A stretch of 32,000 nucleotides of DNA from Psychrobacter sp. HD31 (lineage in GTDB: Bacteria; Pseudomonadota; Gammaproteobacteria; Pseudomonadales; Moraxellaceae), in assembly GCF_051097895.1 (NCBI RefSeq), contig NZ_CP142525.1:1920001-1952000 (forward strand), written 5' to 3'. The translations under genes were made by a program, and so were the position numbers. Below are positions 9,734-18,688 of this stretch, one piece after another (the first letter of the stretch is position 1; every line of letters starts with the position of its first letter). The notes below the pieces were generated by a model. It worked only from the letters and a program-made list of their open reading frames with translations, was not told where the DNA came from and searched no databases.

Positions 9734-10447
9734 ATGCAAAAGCAACAGCTTCTATACAAAGGCAAAGCAAAATCAGTATATGAAACCGACAACGCAGATT
9801 ATCTTATTCTGCATTTTCGTGACGATACTTCTGCATTTAATGGTGAACGTGTTGAGCAATTGGCACGTAAAGGTCAGGTAAATAACAAATTCAATGCTTA
9901 CATTATGCAAAAGCTGAGTGAGGCAGGTGTAGAAACCCACTTTGAAGAGCAATTAAGCCATAATGAAGTTTTGGTTAAGCGTATGGATATGATCCCTGTG
10001 GAATGTGTCGTACGTAACTATGCAGCAGGTAGTTTGGTGCGCCGATTGGGACTAGAAGAAGGCGAAAAACTAACCCCACCAACGTATGAGCTGTTTTATA
10101 AAGATGATGCGTTAGGCGATCCTATGGTCAATGAGTCTCAATCAGTAACTTTTGGCTGGGCAACTCAGGCGCAGCTTGATGAAATGCGTCGTTTAACTAC
10201 TCAGGTAAATGATGTACTGAGCGAGATGTTTGATAGCGCTGGTATGATTTTAGTTGACTTTAAGCTTGAGTTTGGCGTGTTTAAAGACCGCATTGTATTA
10301 GGTGATGAGTTTTCGCCAGATGGTTGCCGAATTTGGGACAAAGAAACCAAAAAGAAATTGGATAAAGACCGTTTCCGCCAATCACTTGGTGATGTAATCG
10401 AAGCGTATGAGGAAGTTGCTAACCGTTTAGGCATTCCGTTAGACTAA
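9734..10447 (+). CDS. purC: phosphoribosylaminoimidazole-succinocarboxamide (SAICAR) synthase
   Basis: 237-aa ORF with an N-terminal [10 protein letters not shown], plus [13 protein letters not shown] and DKDRFR motifs typical of PurC. Confidence 0.95.
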   Translation: MQKQQLLYKGKAKSVYETDNADYLILHFRDDTSAFNGERVEQLARKGQVNNKFNAYIMQKLSEAGVETHFEEQLSHNEVLVKRMDMIPVECVVRNYAAGSLVRRLGLEEGEKLTPPTYELFYKDDALGDPMVNESQSVTFGWATQAQLDEMRRLTTQVNDVLSEMFDSAGMILVDFKLEFGVFKDRIVLGDEFSPDGCRIWDKETKKKLDKDRFRQSLGDVIEAYEEVANRLGIPLD

Positions 10448-10468
10448 GTTAACATGTTGATGTTTGAT

Positions 10469-10501
10469 AACCGAATTTCTGTATGGAAATTCGGTTTTTT
10501 T
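10469..10501 (+). terminator. rho-independent terminator after purC
   Basis: Stem CCGAATTTC (10471-10479) pairs with GAAATTCGG (10486-10494), followed by a T7 run. Confidence 0.75.
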
Positions 10502-10517
10502 ATAAGGAGCATATACT

Positions 10518-10832
10518 GTGTATAAATTAACAACTTTTATCCCAGATGAAAATATAGAAGCGGTAAAAAAAGCACTATTTGATGCAGGCGCAGGTAAAAT
10601 TGGCAATTATAGTCATTGTTGTTGGCAAGTGCTGGGGCAGGGGCAGTTTCAACCATTAGCTGGCAGTAACCCGCATATCGGCAGCCAAAATAGCATTGAA
10701 CAAGTAGCAGAATGGCGGGTGGAGTTTGTGGTGGCGGATGACATTTGCATCCATAGCGTGGTGCAAGCGTTAAAGGATAGTCATCCGTACGAAACGCCAG
10801 CTTATGACGTGGTGAAGGTTGAAAGTTTTTAG
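10518..10832 (+). CDS. YqfO / NIF3-associated small (PII-like fold) family protein
   Basis: 104-aa ORF with a GTG start 7 nt after AAGGAG. The features AGAGKIGNYSHCCW, a GQGQF..PL.G..PHIG segment and HPYETPAYDV resemble the stand-alone YqfO-type domain, as I recall that family. Confidence 0.65.
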   Translation: MYKLTTFIPDENIEAVKKALFDAGAGKIGNYSHCCWQVLGQGQFQPLAGSNPHIGSQNSIEQVAEWRVEFVVADDICIHSVVQALKDSHPYETPAYDVVKVESF

Positions 10833-10928
10833 GATAAGCTTTAGCTTTGATGGTTTGTGTTATGATAATTCTGGTGGTACACCAATAAATAAGGATTTTT
10901 ATACAAAAACAATGAGGGAGATAGCAAT

Positions 10929-11744
10929 ATGCCAATGATACAAATTAATGATGCCAATATCTATTATGAAGACAGTGCCCCGAACGACAATCATAAACCT
11001 GTAATTGTGTTTGCCCATGGCTTGTTGTGGAGTACCAAGCTGTATGCTAAGCAGGTAGCCTACTTTAAAGAAAACTATCGTTGTATCTGCTTTGACTTCC
11101 GTGGTCAAGGGCAATCGGAGGTCACGGATAGTGGTTATGATATGGATACATTAGCCAGCGATGCCATTGCCCTTATTGATAAACTTAATATAAAAAAATG
11201 CCACTTTGTGGGTTTGTCTATGGGTGGTTTTGTTGGGCAGCGTGTTGCTATTAAGCATCCCGAGCGATTAAATAGTCTAATTTTATTAGAGACCTCTGCT
11301 GATCCAGAAGCACCAGAGAACGCAAAAAAATATAACAAATTGATTATGGCGATTCAATGGTTAGGGGTGAAAATGGTGAGTAAAAAAATTATGCCAATTA
11401 TGTTCGGGCAAACTTTTTTGGCAGATAAATCCCGCAAAGCAGAATACAAAAAATGGAAAGCAAATTTAGAAGCAAATAACAAAAAAGGTATTGTTAAAGC
11501 AACCCGAGGTGTCATTGACAGACAAGGGGTTTATGAACAAATAAGTGAGATTACAACACCCACACTTGTGATGGTCGGATACGAAGATGTGGCAACCCCT
11601 TATCAAAAAGCTGAGCGTATTCATTTTGCAATTGAGGGGTCAAAATTGGTGGTTATTGATAGAGCAGGGCATACGTCTACAATTGAAGAGCCATTGCAAG
11701 TCAATCAAGCAATTGAGCAATTTTTGCAGGCGCTAGCAAAATAA
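10929..11744 (+). CDS. alpha/beta-fold hydrolase (enol-lactonase / esterase-like)
   Basis: 271-aa ORF with an HG oxyanion motif (FAHGLL), the nucleophile elbow GLSMGG and a C-terminal GH (AGHTS). GAGGGAG SD upstream. Confidence 0.85.
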   Translation: MPMIQINDANIYYEDSAPNDNHKPVIVFAHGLLWSTKLYAKQVAYFKENYRCICFDFRGQGQSEVTDSGYDMDTLASDAIALIDKLNIKKCHFVGLSMGGFVGQRVAIKHPERLNSLILLETSADPEAPENAKKYNKLIMAIQWLGVKMVSKKIMPIMFGQTFLADKSRKAEYKKWKANLEANNKKGIVKATRGVIDRQGVYEQISEITTPTLVMVGYEDVATPYQKAERIHFAIEGSKLVVIDRAGHTSTIEEPLQVNQAIEQFLQALAK

Positions 11745-11768
11745 AAAGTTTAAGCGAATGTAAGCAAT

Positions 11769-11799
11769 AAAAAAGACCAGTTGCAGTAACTGGTCTTTT
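11769..11799. terminator. bidirectional rho-independent terminator between convergent genes
   Basis: Stem GACCAGTT (11775-11782) pairs with AACTGGTC (11788-11795), flanked by an A-run and a T-run. Confidence 0.7.
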
Positions 11800-11816
11800 C
11801 TTGTTATAAAATGCGA

Positions 11817-13478
11817 CTACATGTTAGGGTAGTTAGGGCCACCGCCACCTTCTGGCGTTACCCAAGTAATATTTTGGGCAGGGTCTTTAATATCACAAGT
11901 TTTACAATGTACACAGTTTTGCGAGTTAATGACAAACTCATCGCCATTTTCTGTTTGTGTAATTTCATAAACACCAGCAGGACAGAATAGCTGAGCAGGC
12001 TCACCGTATTTAGGTAAGTTTTGCTTAACAGGGATGCTCGCATCTGCCAATTTTAGATGGCAAGGCTGATCCTCTGCATGGTTGGTGTTAGAGATAAATA
12101 CCGATGATAGTTTATCAAAAGTTAGTTTGCCATCAGGCTTAGGATAATCTGGCTTTTTAGCAGCACTGGCATCTTTTAGCTGAGCAAAGTCTAATGAGGT
12201 ATCATGCAAGGTAATTGGCATTTTACCTTTTAAGATGTTTTGCTCAATAAATACAAAGGCACCACCAATCCACTGACCATAGTTGTGCATGGCTGGTACA
12301 AAGTTACGCGCTTTGTAGTTATCTTCATGCAACCAAGAGTTTTCAAATAACTCAGTATACTCGGTTACTTCGTCGTTTTCTCTACCCTCTTGCACTGCTT
12401 TAAACACGGCTTCGGCAGCTAACATGCCCGACTTCATGCAAGTGTGCGTACCCTTGATTTTAGCAGGGTTTAAGAAGCCTGCATCATCGCCTACTAACAC
12501 ACCGCCATTAAAGGTTAATTTTGGTAATGAGTTTAAGCCACCTTTTGCCAAAGCACGAGCACCGTAAGAAATACGCTTACCACCTTCTAAAATATTTTTT
12601 AGAATTGGGTGAGTCTTAAGACGCTGTGTTTCATCAAATGGAGACATGTAAGGGTTTTTGTATGATAAATCGGTTACCAAACCAAAGCTTACTTGGTTGT
12701 TTTCATCATGGTACATCCACCAACCACCCGTTGCGCCAGTTTCAGTTAATGGCCAACCAGCACCATGCATTACCAAGCCTTCTTGGTGTTTTGCTGGGTC
12801 AATTTCCCAAAGTTCTTTGATGCCAATTGCATAGTGTTGTGGATCACTGTCTTTATCTAGTTCAAACTTATTGATAAGTTGTTTACCTAAATGACCACGG
12901 CAGCCTTCGGCAAAAATAGTGTACTTAGCTAATAACTCATAACCAGGTTCAAAACTTGATTTTGCTTCGCCTTTTGCATCTACACCCATATCGCCAGTTA
13001 AAATGCCTTTAACAGCACCCGCTTCGTTATATAAAACTTCTGATGCTGCAAAACCTGGGAACATCATCACTTCAAGTTCTTCGGCTTGTTCGGCCAACCA
13101 GCGCACAACATTACCTAATGATACAATGTAGTTGCCTTCATTGTGCATAGGTGCTGGCACAACAATATCAGGGAACTTAGTGCCTTTGGTAGGTGAGGTT
13201 AGGTTGTAAACTTGGTCTTCTTTAACTGCAACACGAACGGGTGCGTCTTTTTCTTTCCAGTCTGGGATAAGCTCATTTAAAGCTCTTGGTTCCATTACTG
13301 CACCAGATAAAGTGTGCGCGCCAAATTCTGAGCCTTTTTCTACCACACATACCATAAACTCATCGTTACCGGCTTCAATGGCAAGTTGACGTAGTTTAAT
13401 AGCCGCTGATAAACCAGATGGTCCACCACCAACAATAACAACGTCGAACTCCATCTGTTCACGTTCAATGTTTTCCAT
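11817..13478 (-). CDS. electron-transfer flavoprotein:ubiquinone oxidoreductase (ETF-QO)
   Basis: 553-aa ORF with the N-terminal FAD motif DVVIVGGGPSGLSAA and a C-terminal 4Fe-4S region CPAGVYE...NCVHCKTCDIKDP. AAGGAG SD upstream. Confidence 0.93.
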   Translation of the reverse strand: MENIEREQMEFDVVIVGGGPSGLSAAIKLRQLAIEAGNDEFMVCVVEKGSEFGAHTLSGAVMEPRALNELIPDWKEKDAPVRVAVKEDQVYNLTSPTKGTKFPDIVVPAPMHNEGNYIVSLGNVVRWLAEQAEELEVMMFPGFAASEVLYNEAGAVKGILTGDMGVDAKGEAKSSFEPGYELLAKYTIFAEGCRGHLGKQLINKFELDKDSDPQHYAIGIKELWEIDPAKHQEGLVMHGAGWPLTETGATGGWWMYHDENNQVSFGLVTDLSYKNPYMSPFDETQRLKTHPILKNILEGGKRISYGARALAKGGLNSLPKLTFNGGVLVGDDAGFLNPAKIKGTHTCMKSGMLAAEAVFKAVQEGRENDEVTEYTELFENSWLHEDNYKARNFVPAMHNYGQWIGGAFVFIEQNILKGKMPITLHDTSLDFAQLKDASAAKKPDYPKPDGKLTFDKLSSVFISNTNHAEDQPCHLKLADASIPVKQNLPKYGEPAQLFCPAGVYEITQTENGDEFVINSQNCVHCKTCDIKDPAQNITWVTPEGGGGPNYPNM

Positions 13479-13812
13479 AAAAACTCCTTAAAGACTTGCA
13501 TGTAGGTGGCGTGCTATATGTAAAAGCTCGGCTGCCTTACAATGCTTTTAGTATTAATTCTATAAACTTTTATTACTGGGCTATATATAACAGGGCTTAT
13601 ATATACCAACCTAGCGTTGTGGAATAGTATAAGATAAATTTAACTAAAACTCGACCATTGTATATGTACTGACCTGTCAAATTTTTGTCTTAATGTTTTT
13701 TGAACTAATATTCTGATAAGTTTTATAACAACAAAAGCTAAAATTTTGGCTATAATGATGTAATAAATACATTTGTTGATAGGCTAATTAGCCAACAGAT
13801 TAATAATAACTT

Positions 13813-14691
13813 ATGAGCATGAAAACAACTTTGATAACAACAAATACGGATGTTGTGGCAAATGCGCCAATAGGACTGTTTGACTCAGGTGTTGGTGGAC
13901 TATCGGTATTTAGGCATTTACAACAGGTGCTACCGCATGAAGGCTATTTGTACTATGCAGATACGTTAAATGTGCCGTATGGTAACCGTGATAATAATGA
14001 AATTAGTGCTTTAACACTGAATGCGGTTGACTGGTTAATTGAACAAAAATGCAAATTGGTTGTTATTGCTTGTAACAGTGCCTCTGCACATGGGTTAGAG
14101 CTGGCACGCAATAAGTACCCTAACACGCCAATTGTTGGGTTAGTCCCTGCATTAAAACCAGCCGTACAATTTAGTAAAACCAAAAAAGTTGCGGTACTTG
14201 CAACAGGGGCAACGCTTAATGGTGATTTATTAAACAATGTAATTGATGACGTGGCAAGCCCTAACCAAGTAATGGTTGTAAAATGGTTTGAGCCAAATTT
14301 AGTGCCTTGGGTTGAAGCCGGCATGCCCCAAACAAGTGACACCGCTAAATTATTAAAAAAACAATTACACCAGTTTTATAACCAAGGCGTAGACCAGCTT
14401 GTATTAGGTTGCACGCACTATCCATTTTTTCGTGATTTTTTAATGGCAGAAGTAAATAAACACCATATGGATATGGATGTCATTGATTCTGGACGTGCCA
14501 TTGCAAACAGGGTAAAAGATTTGTTGTTAAAACAAAATCTACTCATTGAGATGAAACAAACTGATGAGACAACCTGCCAGCAAATGTGGCAAAAAAAGGC
14601 GCAACTTCATGTTGGTTCTTTATCTTTTTATGCCAGTTTGTATGATGATAACCTCAAACAAGTGGTAACAAGGTTGTTAAGCCAAACCTAA
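13813..14691 (+). CDS. murI: glutamate racemase
   Basis: The motifs DSGVGGLSV, IACNSAS and LGCTHYPF carry the two catalytic cysteines. The start could instead be the ATG at 13819. Confidence 0.93.
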   Translation: MSMKTTLITTNTDVVANAPIGLFDSGVGGLSVFRHLQQVLPHEGYLYYADTLNVPYGNRDNNEISALTLNAVDWLIEQKCKLVVIACNSASAHGLELARNKYPNTPIVGLVPALKPAVQFSKTKKVAVLATGATLNGDLLNNVIDDVASPNQVMVVKWFEPNLVPWVEAGMPQTSDTAKLLKKQLHQFYNQGVDQLVLGCTHYPFFRDFLMAEVNKHHMDMDVIDSGRAIANRVKDLLLKQNLLIEMKQTDETTCQQMWQKKAQLHVGSLSFYASLYDDNLKQVVTRLLSQT

Positions 14692-14713
14692 CAAAAATTG
14701 CTATAGAGGTATT

Positions 14714-15037
14714 ATGAAAAAAAGCAAATGCATTAAAAACACATTAGCCCTCAACCTAATTGCGTTAGTTGTTGTGGGCTGTGGACAATCAGAAAAACCA
14801 GTTGATAAACCGGTTGAAAACAGTAATCAACAAAATGGAGAAGTAACGATGACAAACCCAAAAAATAAAGCGTTAGTTGAAGAGATTACAGATTTAGAAG
14901 ACACCATGCATGAGGCAGATCAATATAAAACGCTGGAAGAAAAAATAGCGGATATGAAACGCCGTGGCATTGACCCTAACGAAACTTATGCCGATTGGGG
15001 AGATGAAGACGACGACTGGGATAATGCAGATAAATAA
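14714..15037 (+). CDS. hypothetical lipoprotein with acidic C-terminus
   Basis: 107-aa ORF with the lipobox VVGCG and a D/E-rich tail (WGDEDDDWDNADK). No family recognised. Confidence 0.6.
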   Translation: MKKSKCIKNTLALNLIALVVVGCGQSEKPVDKPVENSNQQNGEVTMTNPKNKALVEEITDLEDTMHEADQYKTLEEKIADMKRRGIDPNETYADWGDEDDDWDNADK

Positions 15038-15186
15038 TTTTTTAGTTGCGTTAAACACATGGATTGTGTCAAAAATAAAGCTAGTGCCAAACCCAGTGCC
15101 ATAGGTTTACCACGGGTTAGTTACTGCAATATCAAGTGCGTGTTTTAAACCATGGCAAAGTTTACCCGCTTTAAATGCGGGATGGT

Positions 15187-15217
15187 AAAAACCACGCTCA
15201 ATTGAACGTGGTTTTTT
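15187..15217. terminator. bidirectional rho-independent terminator between convergent genes
   Basis: AAAAACCACG..loop..CGTGGTTTTTT, with an A-run on the left and a T-run on the right. A second small hairpin, CCCGC/GCGGG, lies at 15165-15181. Confidence 0.7.
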
Positions 15218-15242
15218 ACTTAAGCGGTTTTAGTAGGCTAAA

Positions 15243-16565
15243 TTACCAACCATCTCTTTGCTCAATAATTTGTGAAATACCATCTGGTTGGTTTTGTGGG
15301 GTTGGCATACTAGGCTGATAGCCGTGATTTAAAGGCGTAGTGTTTATAATCTGGTTATAAAACTTTTGCCCCGCACGTCCATTGGCTGGAAATATACCAT
15401 GCTGTTGCTGGTAGTCTTGAATAGCACCACGAGTGGCATCTCCAATAATGCCATCAACTGCACCAATATCATACCCAGCATCTAGCAATGCTTGTTGAAT
15501 TTCTCGTGCTTGTCGACGACCAATACCTGGATCATCCGTTGGCCAAGGTGTTTTGAAACCAATGTTAATGGCATCTTCTTTTTCTATTAAATGCGATAGT
15601 TGAGCAATACCAAGGGCATAGTTTTCTGATGCATTGTAAGAATAAAAAGTATCAAAGTTTTTACCAACTAAAAATGCTGGTCCCTTGCTACCTGCTGGCA
15701 ATAATAAGCCAGCTGAAGTTAAATTGTAGGGTAGTGGACTTCCGTCTGGCAATGTTAAACCTTGGTTACGCCAATGGCTTATTGGTTTTTTATTTCGGCG
15801 GTTGCTTGTTGCCCAATAACCTTCTGGTAGTTTTACCTCATAGCCCCAAGGCTCACCACTGCGATAACCCCGTTTGGCTAAAAAGTTAGCAGTTGATGCC
15901 AATGCGTCTGGCACACTATTAACTAAGTCTTTACGACCATCGCCATTAAAATCGACTGCAAGCTCTAAAAAGGTGCTTGGCATAAACTGTGTTTGCCCAA
16001 AAGCGCCAGCCCATGAGCCCGTCATATCATGTGCATAAATATCGCCATTTTGTACAATTTTTAATGCGTTGGCATACTCACCACGAAAGTAAGACTGACG
16101 GCGGTCAAAACAAGATAGTGTTGCTAATGAACTAAATAGGTCTTTTTTACCAAGTGTTTGCCCAAAGTTAGACTCAACTCCCCAAACGCCAAGTACATCC
16201 TCGGCTTTTACACCATAACGTGCTTCAATACGGCGCAAAGTATCCGCCCATTGGTATTTTGCTGCGATGCCATCTTGTACACGCTCTTCATCTACCAAGG
16301 CAGAAACATAATCCCAAACATCTTTTTGAAACTCGGGTTGATAGTTGAGTGACTGAATAACACTTGGGTCTGGCTTACTTGGGCGGTACTGCTCAAATGT
16401 GCTAGATGATACGCCTTTAAATTTGCTGGTAGACTTTAAATTGGTTAAACATTGTTGAAACTGAGAGTTTGAAAGATAAGGCGCTTCTGGCTTAGCGGCA
16501 TGTGCCAGTGTGCTGGCGGTAACCATAGCCAAAGTAGAAGAAGCAATAAGAGTGAAAAAACGCAT
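15243..16565 (-). CDS. lytic murein transglycosylase (MltB/Slt35-like) with C-terminal peptidoglycan-binding domain
   Basis: 440-aa ORF with a signal peptide and the catalytic-Glu context GVWGVESNFG. The C-terminal PG_binding_1-like repeat is LLDAGYDIGAVDGIIGDATRGAIQDYQ. Confidence 0.9.
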   Translation of the reverse strand: MRFFTLIASSTLAMVTASTLAHAAKPEAPYLSNSQFQQCLTNLKSTSKFKGVSSSTFEQYRPSKPDPSVIQSLNYQPEFQKDVWDYVSALVDEERVQDGIAAKYQWADTLRRIEARYGVKAEDVLGVWGVESNFGQTLGKKDLFSSLATLSCFDRRQSYFRGEYANALKIVQNGDIYAHDMTGSWAGAFGQTQFMPSTFLELAVDFNGDGRKDLVNSVPDALASTANFLAKRGYRSGEPWGYEVKLPEGYWATSNRRNKKPISHWRNQGLTLPDGSPLPYNLTSAGLLLPAGSKGPAFLVGKNFDTFYSYNASENYALGIAQLSHLIEKEDAINIGFKTPWPTDDPGIGRRQAREIQQALLDAGYDIGAVDGIIGDATRGAIQDYQQQHGIFPANGRAGQKFYNQIINTTPLNHGYQPSMPTPQNQPDGISQIIEQRDGW

Positions 16566-16662
16566 GGTAAGCCTTTAATTTTTATTAATTGTGTTTAATG
16601 CTACCTGAATGTTTATAAAAATTAAAGGCAAAAAGTGAGGCTGGTTACACAATCAAACATCT
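16555..16662 (+). repeat. 108-bp direct repeat, copy a (functional 5' end plus upstream region of the transglycosylase gene)
   Basis: Ungapped hand alignment to 17731-17838 gives 95 of 108 identical positions. The repeat covers the first 3-4 codons (minus-strand ATG at 16565-16563) and about 97 bp upstream. Confidence 0.85.
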
Positions 16663-16758
16663 TGGTATGGTTTGCTTGATTTGTAGAGGTTTTTAGAATT
16701 TTTAAATGTTAGCTGTTTTTATGGCGATGTTGGTTTGTATTTTGAATAAACTTTTTAT

Positions 16759-16820
16759 TTTGCATACAAAATACTTGCTTTTATTTGCGTGTTGGAATAA
16801 CATACTTTGCATACAAAATA
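16759..16820 (+). promoter_or_regulatory. candidate operator: 15-bp perfect direct repeat TTTGCATACAAAATA x2
   Basis: Exact copies lie at 16759-16773 and 16806-16820, 47 bp apart. The first sits within the inverted repeat TATTTTG-CATA-CAAAATA. A weaker third unit (TTTGCGTGTTGGAATA) lies between them. Confidence 0.35.
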
Positions 16821-17006
16821 GGTCGTATTATTCAACCATCAACTTAAAACATGAACTTAAAACAATAATCTGAATACTCAATAAAAAGACACTCATTTAA
16901 ATGCCACTCGTGGCAATATCAACATGGTACTCATTGTGAGTGTGTCATCGTTTATCTAGATTATTATAAAAGTGATAAGACAAATTAAAATATACGTTTG
17001 AAATTC

Positions 17007-17044
17007 CCTCTAACTCCTCCTTGAACAAGGGGGAGAATTTTTTT
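17007..17044 (+). repeat. small hairpin repeat (CCCTCTAACTC...CAAGGGGGAG) with T-run, terminator-like
   Basis: CCCTCTAACTCCTCCTTGAACAAGGGGGAG is followed by AATTTTTTT. It shares CCCTCTAACTC and CAAGGGGAG with 22163-22190. No plus-strand gene lies upstream for it to terminate. Confidence 0.5.
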
Positions 17045-17093
17045 GATATATTTTTTTGTTTACTTGCTAATGTTACAAACACAAGGAAATAAA

Positions 17094-17504
17094 ATGAAAC
17101 ACTTGATTAATAACACCATGAATGCAATCACACCTATGGCTATTATGGTGGGGCGTGCATTGCTAGGGCTGTATTTTGTGCTGCCTGGCATACTAAAGTT
17201 TGTGGCTTGGGATATGCATGTCGCACTGATGGAACAACATGGTATGGTATTTATTCCATTCTTTTTAGCATCAGCCGCAATTATTCAAATTATTGCAGGG
17301 TTAGGCATCATTTTTAATCGTTACACTGCTATTTTTTCATTGATTTTGGCAGGCTTGGTTATTGTTATCAACATAAACCTGCATGATTTTTGGAACGTGG
17401 CAACAGAGCAACAAAATTTTGTGAAAAACATGGCAATCTTTGCAGGTTTATTGGTGCTTGCTGGCTTTAGTTGGAAAGAAAAAAATAAAGCGTTATCTTC
17501 ATAA
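17094..17504 (+). CDS. DoxX family inner-membrane protein
   Basis: The ATG at 17094 follows AAGGAAA, while the track start at 17043 is a TTG. The protein is about 136 aa with four hydrophobic helices. Size and pattern (LLGLYFV.PG..KF) are typical of DoxX. Confidence 0.75.
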   Translation: MKHLINNTMNAITPMAIMVGRALLGLYFVLPGILKFVAWDMHVALMEQHGMVFIPFFLASAAIIQIIAGLGIIFNRYTAIFSLILAGLVIVININLHDFWNVATEQQNFVKNMAIFAGLLVLAGFSWKEKNKALSS

Positions 17505-17730
17505 AGTAATACAAAAGTTAGCGTAGCGTGGGTTACATTTTACTAAACGCACGCTACAGCTAGCTTTATATTTATTCTTTTATCATCTTAATCACATTGT
17601 CCAATTGTTCTGCACCTTCCTAGCCAAGCTACTTTGCCAAATTGAGTCTAAAATTTTATTTATCAAATGCATTAGTTCATTTATTTTTGTCAGCCGACAA
17701 ACCATCTGTACTATTAGCTTTTTCATGGTT

Positions 17731-17838
17731 AAAAAACGCATGGTAATCCTTTAGTTTTTATTCATTGGGATTACTGTTACTTGAATGGTTATAAAAATTA
17801 AAAGTAAAAAGTGAGGCTGGTTACATATTCAAACATCT
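17731..17838 (+). repeat. 108-bp direct repeat, copy b (relic 5' end plus upstream region of the transglycosylase gene)
   Basis: 88% identical to 16555-16662. It retains the minus-strand ATG CGT TTT (17741-17733) but then runs into unrelated sequence. This gives a 49-codon ORF at 17592..17741 (-), MRFLTMKKLIVQ..., with no transglycosylase homology. Confidence 0.85.
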
Positions 17839-18012
17839 GCTAAAAAAAGTGTGAGATGTGCTTTTTTATTAACCTTAACCCTAACCTTGAGTTTGACTAT
17901 GGTTATCTTAATGGTTGTGGTAGAGTAAACGAGACCTAAATAGCCAAATACTTTTATCTATTCAGTGGCATTTAAAAATCTAATAATCACAAAACGTGAC
18001 TAGGGAGAGGTG

Positions 18013-18666
18013 ATGAATATTATAGATGTTGCAAAAAATCGATACAGCACTAAATCTTATAACCCAAACAAAAAAATCTCGCCAGAAGACTTTGCCAAAA
18101 TTAAGGAGCTGATTCGGCTTAGCCCCTCTAGCTTAAACTTACAGCCTTGGCAGTTTATAATTGCCGATAACGAAGTCGCTAAAGAACGAGTGCTTAAAGG
18201 GTTCCCTGCTAGGTATGCCTTTAATGCAGAAAAAATAAAAGCGGCCTCGCATGTGGTGATTTACTGTGGTAAAACCAGCATTGATGATGCGCATGTTTGC
18301 AATATTGCGAATGCAGAAGAACAAGATGGTCGATTTAATTTGGCGGACGATAAAAGTCTTCGTCAGGGGCACATTCAGCGTTTTGTCGAGCACCACAGAA
18401 ATGAACTAAAGGACGAGCGTGAATGGAATACCAACCAGTTGTATTTAAACATTGGTATGGTGCTGCTTGGTGTGGCTGCAATGGGTATTGATGCCACCGC
18501 AATGGAAGGGGTAGACTGTGGCGCATTAAATAAAGAGTTTGATTTGGCAAAGCAAGGCTATCAAGCCGTGGCGGTAATGGCGTTTGGTTACCGAGCGGAT
18601 GATGACTTTAATGCCAAATTACCAAAATCACGTTTGCCAACCGAGCAAATTTTTGTCAATGCATAA
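18013..18666 (+). CDS. nfsB: oxygen-insensitive NAD(P)H nitroreductase (NfsB/NfnB family)
   Basis: Colinear with E. coli NfsB as I recall it: RYSTKSY, LSPSSLNLQPWQFI, DGRF, LPKSRLP. The ATG at 18013 follows GGGAGAGG. Confidence 0.85.
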   Translation: MNIIDVAKNRYSTKSYNPNKKISPEDFAKIKELIRLSPSSLNLQPWQFIIADNEVAKERVLKGFPARYAFNAEKIKAASHVVIYCGKTSIDDAHVCNIANAEEQDGRFNLADDKSLRQGHIQRFVEHHRNELKDEREWNTNQLYLNIGMVLLGVAAMGIDATAMEGVDCGALNKEFDLAKQGYQAVAVMAFGYRADDDFNAKLPKSRLPTEQIFVNA

Positions 18667-18688
18667 GTGTGTAGTTGAAGTGCCTGTG

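Noticed and set aside
15060-15217. Possible small RNA in the 150-nt stretch between the lipoprotein stop and the bidirectional terminator, with tandem hairpins at 15165-15181 and 15187-15217.
   Set aside because: There is no recognisable promoter and no match to any RNA family I know. It is more simply a 3' UTR plus terminators for the two convergent genes.
17869-17888. Telomere-like hexamer run TTAACCTTAACCCTAACCTT.
   Set aside because: It has only about three imperfect units and no further array, so it is most likely chance in AT-rich spacer.
16896-17976. 13-bp inverted repeat TTTAAATGCCACT (16896-16908) / AGTGGCATTTAAA (17964-17976) that could be read as terminal inverted repeats around the doxX segment.
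   Set aside because: A 13-bp match is expected by chance several times among all pairs in 32 kb. The flanks show no further similarity and no target-site duplication. The 108-bp direct repeats explain the segment better.
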